This document shows, piece after piece, positions 47,301 to 56,981 of a stretch of DNA of 64,000 bases. The notes beneath the pieces are model-generated. The model made no database searches and was not told where the DNA came from. It saw only the letters and a program-made list of their open reading frames with translations. The position numbers were made by a program, and so were the translations under genes. This DNA is from Candidatus Latescibacterota bacterium. GTDB lineage: Bacteria > Latescibacterota > UBA2968 > UBA8231. Each line of letters opens with the position of its first letter. Position 1 is the stretch's first letter. The stretch is taken from assembly GCA_965203175.1 (NCBI GenBank), contig OZ241867.1:5792001-5856000 (forward strand). The letters are read 5' to 3'.

Positions 47301-48155
47301 TTAAGCCGGCGCCTTCCACTTCTTCAGTTGCCTCTTCCACACCCTGTCCAATTCGCGGCGCACCACCTGCACGTCCTTCCAGCGGTCGGGGAAAACCGAC
47401 AAATGGTAGCCGCCGGCAATCTGCTCGGGACAGGCGAACATTTCCCGACCCGGCTCGGCCGCTTCCAGCCAGCAGGCCATGACCTGCTCGGCAAATTCCA
47501 GCCAATCGACGAATTCGGGAATGATCTTGCCCCTGTGATCAATAGCCGGAATCATGGCGTGGTGCCCGTTGAAGGGCCTAAAGTGAAACTGCTGCGCCAG
47601 TTGAATCAGATCGACGCGCTCGGCCAAGCGCTCCCAGTAGGGCGGCGACAAATGCTTGATCACCGCCGGATGGGAAAAGTCCCAAGTCATTTTTAGCGGC
47701 TTCTTCTCCGCCTTCTCGTAACCAGCGGCCAAGGCATAGGTCTTTTCCGGCGTTTCCGTGCACGTATCGCGATGCATCTCCACAGCCACGTCCATCTCCA
47801 AGTCTTCGGCCGCGTCCATCAAGCGCCGCGCCACCTCCACGGCCCGCGGGGTGAGCGTGTCATGGTCGAGCATTTGCACGTTGACGCAGCGCGCTCCCGC
47901 CGCCTTGATTTCGCGCAACTTGGGCCTGATCTCGCGGATGCCCCCCAAGTCGGTGGTACAAGCAAAGACCAACCCCGAGGCCGAGACCTCGTCCGGGGTC
48001 ACCATGAAGACGCGCCCTACAAAGCCGTCGAAGCCAGCGTCTTTTATTTTTTTGAGCTTTTTGGCCGCGCTCCACTCGCCCTTCTTGTCGCCGTATCCCA
48101 TCAGGGAACCGAGGGAGCACATATGATAGATTTTAGGCCGTTTGATTTTCGCCAT
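47301..48155 (-). CDS. Xylose-isomerase-like TIM-barrel protein
   Basis: ATG at 48155 after GGAGG; KIKDAGFDG; VEMHRDT; WDFSHP; HFRPFNG. Confidence 0.7.
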   Translation of the reverse strand: MAKIKRPKIYHMCSLGSLMGYGDKKGEWSAAKKLKKIKDAGFDGFVGRVFMVTPDEVSASGLVFACTTDLGGIREIRPKLREIKAAGARCVNVQMLDHDTLTPRAVEVARRLMDAAEDLEMDVAVEMHRDTCTETPEKTYALAAGYEKAEKKPLKMTWDFSHPAVIKHLSPPYWERLAERVDLIQLAQQFHFRPFNGHHAMIPAIDHRGKIIPEFVDWLEFAEQVMACWLEAAEPGREMFACPEQIAGGYHLSVFPDRWKDVQVVRRELDRVWKRQLKKWKAPA

Positions 48156-48274
48156 GTTCACCCTCCTTGGAGTGATTGTACTGCTGCGATAGGGGCCGCT
48201 AATATATCGCCCGGATTCACGGGGACCAAGCACAATTAATGCGCGCCGTCAACTCACATCCTGTGCAAAGATTC

Positions 48275-49840
48275 TCAATCAAACGAAGGGAAAAAGGTCA
48301 GATCAGCCCCAAAGTTATCCATCGCCACTACCTCGTCGCCGCGCAGCCGGGCGCGGATGGAACGAGTCCGATGCTGCAGAACCAACTCTTCTTCGGCCAA
48401 GGCAAAGCGAATCTCGATAGGAGTGTTCAAAGGCGGTTGGGCAAAGAAGAGGAACCCGCCGTCTATGCGCGGCGACACAGCCCCTGTTACCTCTAAGTCA
48501 GACGGCGCTACCCAGCCGGGCAGGCGCACCCACAACGGCCCCGGCTGCTTAACCTCGACGCGCAGGACATCATGCGTATAAGGAGATTCGACGCGCACGG
48601 CCTCGGTCTCGTGGTCAAAGAGCAAATTGACCCGGTGCCCCGCCGGGCCGCTGCGCACCATCTCCCGGTACACCTCGCACAAAGACGCCACCGCCCCACC
48701 GACAATATCCATATTGAAGCCAACAGTCTCGGCTTCCACCGGCTCGTGGCCGTACGGCGCTGGAAAGCCAAAGGCTCCCTGGTGCCGCTGCGCCACGTCG
48801 CGCAGGCCGTCCACGCCCTCGGGGTTGGGCGGTTCGTCAATAAAGGAAATGTCGCGTAATTGCGACGGCAGCATATGCCCCCGCACAATGCGCTCGGCGT
48901 CTTGGAAGTACTCGCTCCAGCCCCAGCGCCCCAAGATCAGGGCAGTCTCGACGATGTCGCCGGTATTGTTGACCTCGCCGCGGTCGGGTGCCGCATCGGG
49001 ACGCGTGCTTTCGACGACCCAACCCAACGGATCGCGCATGGCCCACAGGCCATTATCGTAAAAAGCCTTGACGCGCAGCAGCAGCGCCGTGTCACCCGTC
49101 AGATCGGCCAATTGCGCCAACGACGACATGACGCAAGTGACCGAGTGCGTGTGGTCGCCCAGCAGTTCCCGGTCGTGGCCGCCGTCCGCAGTGAAAAACT
49201 CACCCGTGATCTTCTCAGCCAATTCCAAAGCCAACTCCAAAGCCGGCCCATAACCCGTCGCCCGATAGTACTTGACCAAAGGCCCCAAGGCCCGGGCTTC
49301 CCCCGGTATGAACAGACTCTCCCACGCCTCCAGTCCCAACCCCTGCAGCGTCGGTCGATCCCATCCCTCGTCCACGCTCCAATAGCGGCGAAACGCCTCG
49401 ATACTGGCCTCAGCTAGCTCTCGCGCCCGGTCCGAGTCGCGGTATTGCACCAGCGGATAGAGCGCGTGAAACCCCTCGCGGATGTTGTGCGGGATGAAGT
49501 TGACCAGCGGACCGTCCAACTCGGCCCGGTTGAGCGGCATGGCGATGGGGCCGCTGTACGAATAGAACGCCGCGGCCGCGTGTTTTTCAATCGCCGCTTC
49601 ATCTACTGCAACGCCCGCCGCATCTTCGGCGTTGAGTAGAGCGTTGAGGTGGCGGCCGGGCACGTGCGCCTCCGAATGCGCGGCGCTAAAGCGCAGTTCG
49701 GCTTGGGGACGCACGCGCGAGCCGAAAAAGGGAATATCGTTGTCGTCGGCATTGAAAACTCTCGACATAGTGCGGCAACCCAATTCAATGGCGCCGCGCA
49801 CATCCGTGGTGTTGACGTCTTGTAAACGAGTCATAGTCAT
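48275..49840 (-). CDS. GH127-like glycoside hydrolase homolog (copy 2)
   Basis: Full-length paralog of 44741..46327 (LQDVNTTD; HNIREGFHAL; GEVNNTGDIVETALILGRWG; AMDNFGADLTFFPSFD). Confidence 0.6.
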   Translation of the reverse strand: MTMTRLQDVNTTDVRGAIELGCRTMSRVFNADDNDIPFFGSRVRPQAELRFSAAHSEAHVPGRHLNALLNAEDAAGVAVDEAAIEKHAAAAFYSYSGPIAMPLNRAELDGPLVNFIPHNIREGFHALYPLVQYRDSDRARELAEASIEAFRRYWSVDEGWDRPTLQGLGLEAWESLFIPGEARALGPLVKYYRATGYGPALELALELAEKITGEFFTADGGHDRELLGDHTHSVTCVMSSLAQLADLTGDTALLLRVKAFYDNGLWAMRDPLGWVVESTRPDAAPDRGEVNNTGDIVETALILGRWGWSEYFQDAERIVRGHMLPSQLRDISFIDEPPNPEGVDGLRDVAQRHQGAFGFPAPYGHEPVEAETVGFNMDIVGGAVASLCEVYREMVRSGPAGHRVNLLFDHETEAVRVESPYTHDVLRVEVKQPGPLWVRLPGWVAPSDLEVTGAVSPRIDGGFLFFAQPPLNTPIEIRFALAEEELVLQHRTRSIRARLRGDEVVAMDNFGADLTFFPSFD

Positions 49841-49846
49841 CTCCTG

Positions 49847-50980
49847 TTAAAAGTCGTACAGCTCCCCACTCGCCGCCGCAGCCCTATCGACGTACCCAGG
49901 CCAGCGCGGCGGCTCCAGTAGCAGGTCTCCCTCGGGACAGAGGATCCAGTCGGAGCGGCCGATCTCGTAGCTGCGGATGTGGGCGTAGGGGCCGTCGTCG
50001 TTGATGTACTGCACCACGAACAAGTCTCCGGATGGTCTCTGTACCCAGCCGGAGTAAGCACCGTCGCAGTGGATGCTGCGGTCGTGGTCTATGAAGAAAT
50101 ACCGGTGGCCGGCTTGGCGAGCGTAGTTGGCAGTGCAGTCCGGGTCCGCGGCAATAGCCTGGGTCTCGACGTGGAGTACGAGATTGCGCGGCGGCGTCAG
50201 GCGCTGGAAGCCGTGGACGACCGCAACCTCGCCACTGCGCAGGATGCCAGCCCGCGGCCTACCAACGCAGCAGGTGAGGAAGGTAGGGTATGGACCAGAC
50301 CAAGTTTTGCCGCCGTCCTGCGAAATCGCCTTGTGCCCAATGGCACGCCGCAAGTCCTCGCGCAGGTAGCAGACCAAGGTGCCGTCGTCCAACTCGACGT
50401 AGGTCCCCTCGTTGAGCCACAACTTCGGGTCGGAGCAGACGTGGATTGCCGGTCCCCAGGTCCGTCCACCATCGGCCGAGGTGAAGGCGTTGTGGAGCCA
50501 GACCACGTCGCGGTCGTCCCTCGGCCCAACGCGGTCAGCACCGATGATGATCTCACCGGCCTTGGTGCGAAATATGCACGGGCAGATGTGGCCCCTGATC
50601 CCGGTGGAGGCGCGCTCGCTCCAAGTGCGGCCTGAATCGGTCGAGCGGTAGATGAGGATCTCCGAATCGGGGTGGTGCTCCGGCTCAAGGCGGGGCAGCA
50701 GGTCGCAGATGAGTAGAACCTCAGAGCCGTCGAGGGCTAGCAGGCGCGGGTTGTTCAGGCGGCCCTCGGTTTCCGGGTCGTTCACCTCGTCGACGACGGC
50801 CTTCTCGCTCCAAGTGCGGCCGCCATCGCTGCTGAGGTGATAGACGATACGGCCAAAGGGAAGGGCCGTGTGCCCGAGACTCTCCCGGTACACGCATACC
50901 CAAGTGCCATCGCCGCACTCGACGAGATCGGGGAAGGCTTTGTACACGTTGTCTTCGCGGAACAAAACGGACTTGATCAC
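49847..50980 (-). CDS. Sialidase/BNR-repeat family protein
   Basis: YKAFPD; Asp-boxes SSDGGRTW, STDSGRTW, SADGGRTW and SQDGGKTW; DGAYSG. Confidence 0.82.
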   Translation of the reverse strand: MIKSVLFREDNVYKAFPDLVECGDGTWVCVYRESLGHTALPFGRIVYHLSSDGGRTWSEKAVVDEVNDPETEGRLNNPRLLALDGSEVLLICDLLPRLEPEHHPDSEILIYRSTDSGRTWSERASTGIRGHICPCIFRTKAGEIIIGADRVGPRDDRDVVWLHNAFTSADGGRTWGPAIHVCSDPKLWLNEGTYVELDDGTLVCYLREDLRRAIGHKAISQDGGKTWSGPYPTFLTCCVGRPRAGILRSGEVAVVHGFQRLTPPRNLVLHVETQAIAADPDCTANYARQAGHRYFFIDHDRSIHCDGAYSGWVQRPSGDLFVVQYINDDGPYAHIRSYEIGRSDWILCPEGDLLLEPPRWPGYVDRAAAASGELYDF

Positions 50981-51004
50981 CTTTTAGCTCTCCTATCGTT
51001 AAAA

Positions 51005-51874
51005 TTACCGACCAGCGAGGGACGTCGATTGACCGTCCCCGCGCAATCCAATCTCGTTCTCCCAGCGCCGGTACATCTCGGGCCGGCGGTAATGGCGGAA
51101 GAACATCAGCGTCTCCCTGCGACTTTCCGCTAGCGCCGACGCACTCAGATCGGCGACGACCATCTCTTCTTCGCTGCCACTCTGTCCCTCGGCGATGACC
51201 GCGCCGAGGGGATCGCAGATGAAGGTCACTCCCGAAAACGTGCGACCAGCCCCGTTGTCTCCGACGTTATTGCAGATGGCGACGTACACGTTGTTGTCGT
51301 ACGCGCGAGCGGGAACGTAGCGCATCCAGCGAGCCCGCTTTTCTGTGGGAGTCTCCCCCGGTGAGGCATGGGGCAGGAAGATCACCTCGGCCCCCTTTTC
51401 CGCTAACAGGGTGCTCAATTCCGGGAAGTGGGAATCGTAACAAATCTCAATGCCGTAGCGAGCCTTCCCATGGTCGAATACCGGAAGATCGTCTCCGTGT
51501 CGCCAAGTGCCAATCTCAGCATCGGGAACGTGCGTCTTGCGATAGCAGCCGACGTATCCCTCGGGGCCGCAGACGACCTGCGTGTTATAGACGATGCCGC
51601 TGACGTCCCGTTCGAGAATACCAGCCAACAGCGTGATCTGACAGTTGCGTGCGATCTCTTCGAGCCTGCGCAACGATTCACCTTCGAGCGGCTCGGGCTC
51701 CGGTGTCGAGGTGTCGCCGGCGTTGTATCCGCACACGCATAGCTCGGGAAAACAGACGATGTCGACATCTTGCGCGGCCGCTGCCTCGGCAAAGCGCTCG
51801 ATAGTGGCTAAATTGCGATCGCGTTCCGCGACGCGGCAGTTCATCTGCACCGCGGCAATGCGTAGGTCTTGCAT
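51005..51874 (-). CDS. Carbon-nitrogen hydrolase (nitrilase family)
   Basis: FPEL; YRKTH; EICYDSHFPE, giving the catalytic E-K-C triad. Confidence 0.92.
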   Translation of the reverse strand: MQDLRIAAVQMNCRVAERDRNLATIERFAEAAAAQDVDIVCFPELCVCGYNAGDTSTPEPEPLEGESLRRLEEIARNCQITLLAGILERDVSGIVYNTQVVCGPEGYVGCYRKTHVPDAEIGTWRHGDDLPVFDHGKARYGIEICYDSHFPELSTLLAEKGAEVIFLPHASPGETPTEKRARWMRYVPARAYDNNVYVAICNNVGDNGAGRTFSGVTFICDPLGAVIAEGQSGSEEEMVVADLSASALAESRRETLMFFRHYRRPEMYRRWENEIGLRGDGQSTSLAGR

Positions 51875-51926
51875 CGGGTCGGTTCCTCCTCTTCTATATA
51901 TTCATCCATCGGATTGGATCATCCTC

Positions 51927-52487
51927 ATGCGCCGACTCAACCTCCACCAATTTAAGACAGTTCTCGCGTTTGCCCTACGACTGGCGATGTGTGCTGGCGT
52001 CGCCGCGTCGGCACAGGAAGAAGGCGAGGACAGCACCATATCCTGGTCCCTGACGCTGAAGACGATCCGCGCCGAGTTTCCGACAGTCGCCCATATATCG
52101 ACCGATACGCTGCAATCCTGGCTCGACGAATCTACAAATCGGGAAAACCTCCTGCTGTTCGACGCGCGAGAACCCGAGGAATATGCCGTCAGCCATCTGC
52201 AGGATGCCCGGTCAGTCTCCTCGAAAGACGAAGCTCTGAAAGCGCTTCAAGGAGTATCATCGAACCGGCCTATCGTTTTGTACTGTTCCGTGGGGCACCG
52301 TTCGTCGGAACTTGCCCAGTTTCTAATGAAAAAGGGATATACGGAGGTCTATAATCTAGAAGGATCAATCTTCGCTTGGGCAAACGAGGGACGACCAGTT
52401 TACCGGGGAAAGGAGCAGGTGAAGGTCGTCCATCCCTATGACAAAACCTGGGGCAGATTATTGAAGGAATCACTGCGAAAACAGTAG
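51927..52487 (+). CDS. Exported rhodanese-like domain protein
   Basis: Signal-like N-terminus; DAREPEEYAVSHL; YCSVGHRS; NLEGSIFAW. True start is likely 51927, not 51645. Confidence 0.82.
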   Translation: MRRLNLHQFKTVLAFALRLAMCAGVAASAQEEGEDSTISWSLTLKTIRAEFPTVAHISTDTLQSWLDESTNRENLLLFDAREPEEYAVSHLQDARSVSSKDEALKALQGVSSNRPIVLYCSVGHRSSELAQFLMKKGYTEVYNLEGSIFAWANEGRPVYRGKEQVKVVHPYDKTWGRLLKESLRKQ

Positions 52488-52508
52488 CAGGCCGCGCCTG
52501 TTACAGGT

Positions 52509-53714
52509 CTACCCTTGCTCCTGTCGGCTGATGAATTGGCCCAATAGCGGCACTGCAAAGGAATACTTGCCATGTCGATTCTTGTACACCAGTCCTTGGG
52601 AGGCAAGGGCGACGAGCATCTGATTGACATGGCTACTGCTGAACGGTTTGTCCAAGGCTCGCTTGGATTCCCCGACCACTTCTTGGACCGTGAACTCATC
52701 GTCGCAATTCTCAAGCCGAGAAATTACGAACAGCAACGCCCTCTGCCGATCAGATGCACGAGCCCATCGCCCGGCAAAGAAGTCTGTGTCGAGTTTCTGT
52801 TCGATCCCCGCAGTGGGAACCGACGCGCTCTCCCCCTTATCGATCCTCTGAATGAACGCGTCGTACACCTCTCTGCAGATGAACTGGATGAAGTACGGAT
52901 AGCCGCCGGACATGTTGATTATCGTGTTAACGGAATTGTCACTAAGACGCACCGGGCACTCAGCATCTTCTACCGGTTCCCGAATTGCCTCCTCACTTTC
53001 CGACTTGTTGAGGCTCTGCAGAAACACGACTCTAAACATTCTCTCGGAAAACGTCCGGGCTTCCACTAGCTTGGGGAACAACGTCGGAAGGCCGGTCAAG
53101 ACGAGCATCAAAGGCAGGCCCTTTCTCTGCAGAGACTGAAAGCAATCGAGTAGTAAAGACAGAGGAAACTGGTCCTTTGCCGACTGGTCGGTGAGGTTTT
53201 GTGCCTCATCGTAGGCGAATATGATCCCGCGTATGTTCTGCTCCTTCGATAGAGCACGCCACACGATTTCCAGAACCCCCTTGATCTTGTCGAGCGACAG
53301 ACCAGGGATGTGGTTGTAGATCTCTATGAGAGCTTGGTAGGTAAGGGTTCGCGAGACTTGGTCTGTGTCAGCGACAAATCCGACGCGACGCACCTCTTCG
53401 GTTTCCACGACTAGGCTCGAGGTGACCGGAGATAGGTCTGTGCAAAGCCGGATAGCCATGTTGTGCTCGCTGATACTTGTGGACTCGGAAAGATCGGTCC
53501 CTACCCACACCCACCCGCGGCTCATTGCCAGAGGCTTGAACGAGTCGAGGAGCACCGTCTTTCCTACTCCTCGAAGCCCCGTCAGGACCATGTTTTCCAG
53601 AATCGTGCTTTGCCCGAGCAGGCGACGAAACTCTTCACGCTCCTCATGTCTCCCGGCCAAATATGGCGGGTGGTGGCCAGCACCTGGACGAAACGGGTTT
53701 GAGAACTCAGCCAT
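52509..53714 (-). CDS. AAA/STAND-like ATPase with C-terminal winged helix
   Basis: NPFRPGAG..LAGR; Walker A GLRGVGKT; Walker B IIFAYDEAQ; SGGYPYFIQ; wHTH-like C-terminus; ATG at 53714 after GGAGGT. Confidence 0.85.
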   Translation of the reverse strand: MAEFSNPFRPGAGHHPPYLAGRHEEREEFRRLLGQSTILENMVLTGLRGVGKTVLLDSFKPLAMSRGWVWVGTDLSESTSISEHNMAIRLCTDLSPVTSSLVVETEEVRRVGFVADTDQVSRTLTYQALIEIYNHIPGLSLDKIKGVLEIVWRALSKEQNIRGIIFAYDEAQNLTDQSAKDQFPLSLLLDCFQSLQRKGLPLMLVLTGLPTLFPKLVEARTFSERMFRVVFLQSLNKSESEEAIREPVEDAECPVRLSDNSVNTIINMSGGYPYFIQFICREVYDAFIQRIDKGESASVPTAGIEQKLDTDFFAGRWARASDRQRALLFVISRLENCDDEFTVQEVVGESKRALDKPFSSSHVNQMLVALASQGLVYKNRHGKYSFAVPLLGQFISRQEQG

Positions 53715-53734
53715 GTCGATATTCACCTCCGTAA

Positions 53735-53777
53735 AGTCAATTGACTAAATTTATATAATAATATTAATTTAGTCAAT
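53735..53777. promoter_or_regulatory. Operator-like palindromes in the AT-rich divergent promoter
   Basis: AGTCAATTGACT (53735-53746) and ATTGACTAAATT-N14-AATTTAGTCAAT (53740-53777). Confidence 0.6.
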
Positions 53778-53803
53778 CAAGTAATCATAAATTAATAAAT
53801 GTC

Positions 53804-53904
53804 TTAGCTATAATACGCCTGCCGACGCTCCAACTACTCACCCCAGAGGCCACCATGTCCGACACCCCTATCTCCATCAGCTCCAACCGCCAACTACTGC
53901 TTGA
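53804..53904 (+). repeat. Left copy of ~101-bp imperfect direct repeat (-10 box + 5' end of the 57611 gene)
   Basis: About 88% identical to 57560-57660 by manual alignment (~12 mismatches, no gaps). Confidence 0.9.
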
Positions 53905-53926
53905 TTTGGAGCATCCCTTATCGTAA
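53855..53926 (+). pseudogene. Truncated 5' remnant of the 57611 glycoside-hydrolase-like gene
   Basis: Encodes MSDTPISISSNRQLLLDLEHPLS* versus MPNTPITIGSDRQLLLDLRL. Confidence 0.75.
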
Positions 53927-53953
53927 GCTCAGTTTATTGAACGCAACCTAATT

Positions 53954-55609
53954 ATGAGGCTCGGCCAAGCAGTGAAAAAGGACTCGACCTACCGGGCGCA
54001 GCCTGCGCCATCGGCATTCCCTGTTCCCCAAGAGGGTGAACGGCCCGTTATCTATGCAGATCGCGTAGGGGAGTATTACGTCGAAAGGAAATCCGACGAA
54101 CACCGCAAAAATCACGGTCTATATCTCACGCCAGTCCCCGCCGCGGATTTCATGGCCAGATGGATCAAGGTGAGCGGGCCAAAGCTGCGGGTCCTCGATC
54201 CCGCCGCGGGAGCAGGTATTCTCTGCTGTGCGGCCATAGAGGCGCTTGTCTCCCGCGATTCAATGCCAAATATCATCGAACTGGTCGTCCATGAAGTCGA
54301 TAGAGACCTGATCGCGCCGCTACAGGCCGTTATCGACTATCTTGTCGACTGGTGCCGTAGCCGTGGAGTGAAGGTCGCCGTGCAGGTCGAGGCGACCGAC
54401 TTCATCATAGCGCACGCCGAGACATTGCGTTCGCTCGGCGGACTCTTTCCCTATCGGTCGGTAGCCGAAGACTTTGACATCGTTATCGCCAATCCGCCTT
54501 ACTTCAAGATCAGCAAGGCTGACCCGCGTGCGAGTGCTGCTTCCACCGTAGTTCACGGCCAGCCAAACATCTACGCTCTCTTCATGGCGGTCAGTGCCGT
54601 ACTACTGCGCGAAAATGGAGATTTCGTATTTATCACACCTCGAAGTTTTACGTCCGGCCCTTACTTCAGGCAGTTCAGAAACGTTTTCTTTGACATGATC
54701 CGACCAACGGAAGTCCATGTGTTCGGCTCTCGACGCGACGCCTTCAGTCGGGACGAGGTGCTACAGGAGAACGTCATTGTCTCCGGCACCCGTTATAATC
54801 TCCGGCGTTGGGACAAGACCGACTCGCCGTTTGTCATTTCATCAAGTCGCGGGGTCCGTGATATCGGTGAATCCGACCGTCGCGAGATTCCGTTAAACAC
54901 GGCTCTCGACCTCGATTCCACAAACAAGATTCTCCGCTTGCCGATCTGTGAAGGAGATGACGACGTGTTGGCTCTGGTGGATTCATGGCCGGAGAGCCTC
55001 CGCAGCTTCGGCCTAGATATCTCGACCGGCCCCGTAGTCGCCTTCCGTGCAACGGAGTTTATAGACAAGGAAGGCAAGGTGCCGGATAGCCATGTCCCGC
55101 TCCTATGGATGAACCATGTACACGCTATGCAGGCCACTTGGCCGCTCAACGGACACAAGCCAGAGTACATCAAGCGTTCCGGCACCGAGGCACTTCTGCT
55201 ACCGAACAGGAATTATGTGCTCATGCGCCGCTTTAGCGCCAAGGAAGAGGCGCGCCGGCTGACCGCGGCTCCCTACATCGCGACGGAATTTGCGACCCCC
55301 GAGGTCGGATTCGAAAATCATCTCAACTACATCCATCGGCCTGGAGGCACGCTCGCCGAAGACGAAGCATGGGGTCTGGCGGTGCTCTACAACAGCCGAT
55401 TGCTCGATACATGGTTCCGTGCGGTCAACGGCAACACTCAGGTGAGCGCCACCGAACTACGCACCATGCGGCTTCCTGCTCACCAAACGATCATCACGCT
55501 TGGTCAGTGCGTAAAACATCTCGCGAACCCCATGGAAGGCCTAGATCGGCTTGTCATGGACCTGATTGCCCATCCCGAATTGGAGGAGGCAGTCGTTGGC
55601 CAGCATTGA
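53954..55609 (+). CDS. N6-adenine DNA methyltransferase, BsuBI/PstI (Eco57I-domain) type
   Basis: GLYLTP; VLDPAAGAG; IANPPY; PNIYALF; FITPRSF; STGPVVAFR; RRFSAKEE; FENHLNY; NGNTQVSATEL. Confidence 0.92.
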   Translation: MRLGQAVKKDSTYRAQPAPSAFPVPQEGERPVIYADRVGEYYVERKSDEHRKNHGLYLTPVPAADFMARWIKVSGPKLRVLDPAAGAGILCCAAIEALVSRDSMPNIIELVVHEVDRDLIAPLQAVIDYLVDWCRSRGVKVAVQVEATDFIIAHAETLRSLGGLFPYRSVAEDFDIVIANPPYFKISKADPRASAASTVVHGQPNIYALFMAVSAVLLRENGDFVFITPRSFTSGPYFRQFRNVFFDMIRPTEVHVFGSRRDAFSRDEVLQENVIVSGTRYNLRRWDKTDSPFVISSSRGVRDIGESDRREIPLNTALDLDSTNKILRLPICEGDDDVLALVDSWPESLRSFGLDISTGPVVAFRATEFIDKEGKVPDSHVPLLWMNHVHAMQATWPLNGHKPEYIKRSGTEALLLPNRNYVLMRRFSAKEEARRLTAAPYIATEFATPEVGFENHLNYIHRPGGTLAEDEAWGLAVLYNSRLLDTWFRAVNGNTQVSATELRTMRLPAHQTIITLGQCVKHLANPMEGLDRLVMDLIAHPELEEAVVGQH

Positions 55610-56534
55610 AGAAGCTAGGGAAATCCTCAAGGCACTCGGCATGCCACCGGCACAGCACAACCAGATGTCGGGTCTGACACTGATTGCCCTGTGCGGGCTG
55701 ACGCCGGATGCCCCTTGGTCAGATGCAAAACAGGGATCGTGCACCGTCACCAAGGGCATCATGGATTACGTTAAGGAGCACTACGGTACCGAATACGCAC
55801 CCAATACAAGAGAAACTTTCCGCCGTCAGGCGCTCCACCAGTTCGTTCAGGCGCGAGTCGCCGATTACAACCCGTTCGAACCCGGCCTCCCGACTAATAG
55901 CCCGCGCGCTCACTACGCCATCACGGAAGCGGCCTTGGAAGCCGTGCAGCACTATGGGACAAAAGGTTGGGATTCAGCCGTGGAAAAATTCCGCCACGAG
56001 CAGGGAACTCTTGTAGAGCGCTACGAGCGTGAACGGCTTCACACCATGATTCCGCTCAAGCTAGCCGATGGACAGGAGCTTCAGTTCTCCCCAGGCAAGC
56101 ACAACGAGGTGCAAAAAGCTGTCGTGGAAGAATTCGGGCCGCGCTTCGCTCCCGGCGCACGCCTGCTCTATGTCGGCGACACTGCCAAGAAGGACCTATA
56201 CGTAGACGAGGAGAGCCTTGACGAACTCGGCATCCCGATCACCGACCACGGCAAAATGCCGGATGTCGTGTTTTACGACGCCGAGCGAAACTGGCTGTTT
56301 CTCGTTGAGGCAGTAACATCGCACGGCCCCATGTCGCCGACGCGGGTCGCCGATCTGGAGGACATGCTTTCCGAGTGCTCCTCGGGTGTCGTTTATGTTA
56401 GTGCCTTTCCGGATTTCGAAGAATTCCGCAAGCACATGAAGAACATCGCTTGGGAAACGGAAGTATGGCTTTGCGACACCCCTAATCACATGATCCATTA
56501 CGATGGCGATAGGTTTCTCGGGCCTAGACAATGA
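55596..56534 (+). CDS. Type II restriction endonuclease, BsuBI/PstI family
   Basis: TTG start after GGAGG, overlapping the MTase stop; YAPNTRETFRRQALHQF; SPGKHN; YVGDT; HGKMPDVV; EAVTSHGP; IAWETEVW; HMIHYDG. Confidence 0.93.
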   Translation: MASIEEAREILKALGMPPAQHNQMSGLTLIALCGLTPDAPWSDAKQGSCTVTKGIMDYVKEHYGTEYAPNTRETFRRQALHQFVQARVADYNPFEPGLPTNSPRAHYAITEAALEAVQHYGTKGWDSAVEKFRHEQGTLVERYERERLHTMIPLKLADGQELQFSPGKHNEVQKAVVEEFGPRFAPGARLLYVGDTAKKDLYVDEESLDELGIPITDHGKMPDVVFYDAERNWLFLVEAVTSHGPMSPTRVADLEDMLSECSSGVVYVSAFPDFEEFRKHMKNIAWETEVWLCDTPNHMIHYDGDRFLGPRQ

Positions 56535-56710
56535 TCTCGAACGACTGCGGGCGGGCCAATCAACAGGTGTTGGGCGAAGAGTATCTGCTGGGCAGTTCTT
56601 TCCAGCGAGAGCCATTGCCTAGATTCGAGAGACGGTCTACATTTTATCGGATTTGGCTATTATGCATCCGCTCCAAATGATACTGTTCAGTAAATATAGA
56701 AGAATGCGTT

Positions 56711-56980
56711 TTGACGAATAAATGCTATATCATCTCCTACGACATGGCCGGAGGCGATGATTATGACGAACTCCATGATGCCATCAAGGCATACGGCACT
56801 TGGGCTCACATCACTGAGTCGACATGGGCAGTGGTGACCGAGTATAGTGCAAAAAAGATTCGCGATGATTTGGGCCAATACCTGCCGAATGGGAGCCGTC
56901 TTCTCGTCGTAAAGTCTGGCGTTGAAGCGGCTTGGCGAAATCCAATCTGCCGCAACGAATGGCTAAAGAAGCACCTTTAG
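56711..56980 (+). CDS. Stand-alone Cas2/VapD-like small ferredoxin-fold protein
   Basis: YIISYDM..DYDELHDAIK..WAHITESTWAV..IRDDL..LLVVK..AAW. Confidence 0.7.
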   Translation: MTNKCYIISYDMAGGDDYDELHDAIKAYGTWAHITESTWAVVTEYSAKKIRDDLGQYLPNGSRLLVVKSGVEAAWRNPICRNEWLKKHL

Positions 56981-56981
56981 T

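Noticed and set aside
51645-51926. N-terminal extension of the rhodanese ORF
   Set aside because: It overlaps the nitrilase gene on the opposite strand; a signal-peptide-like start at 51927 is more plausible.
53954-56534. CTGCAG avoidance as support for PstI-like specificity
   Set aside because: CTGCAG sites are readily seen (e.g. near 10742, 24458 and 43471), so there is no visible depletion; specificity cannot be assigned from sequence here.
56711-56980. Cas2-like gene as evidence of a CRISPR-Cas locus
   Set aside because: No cas1, effector genes or array in the window.
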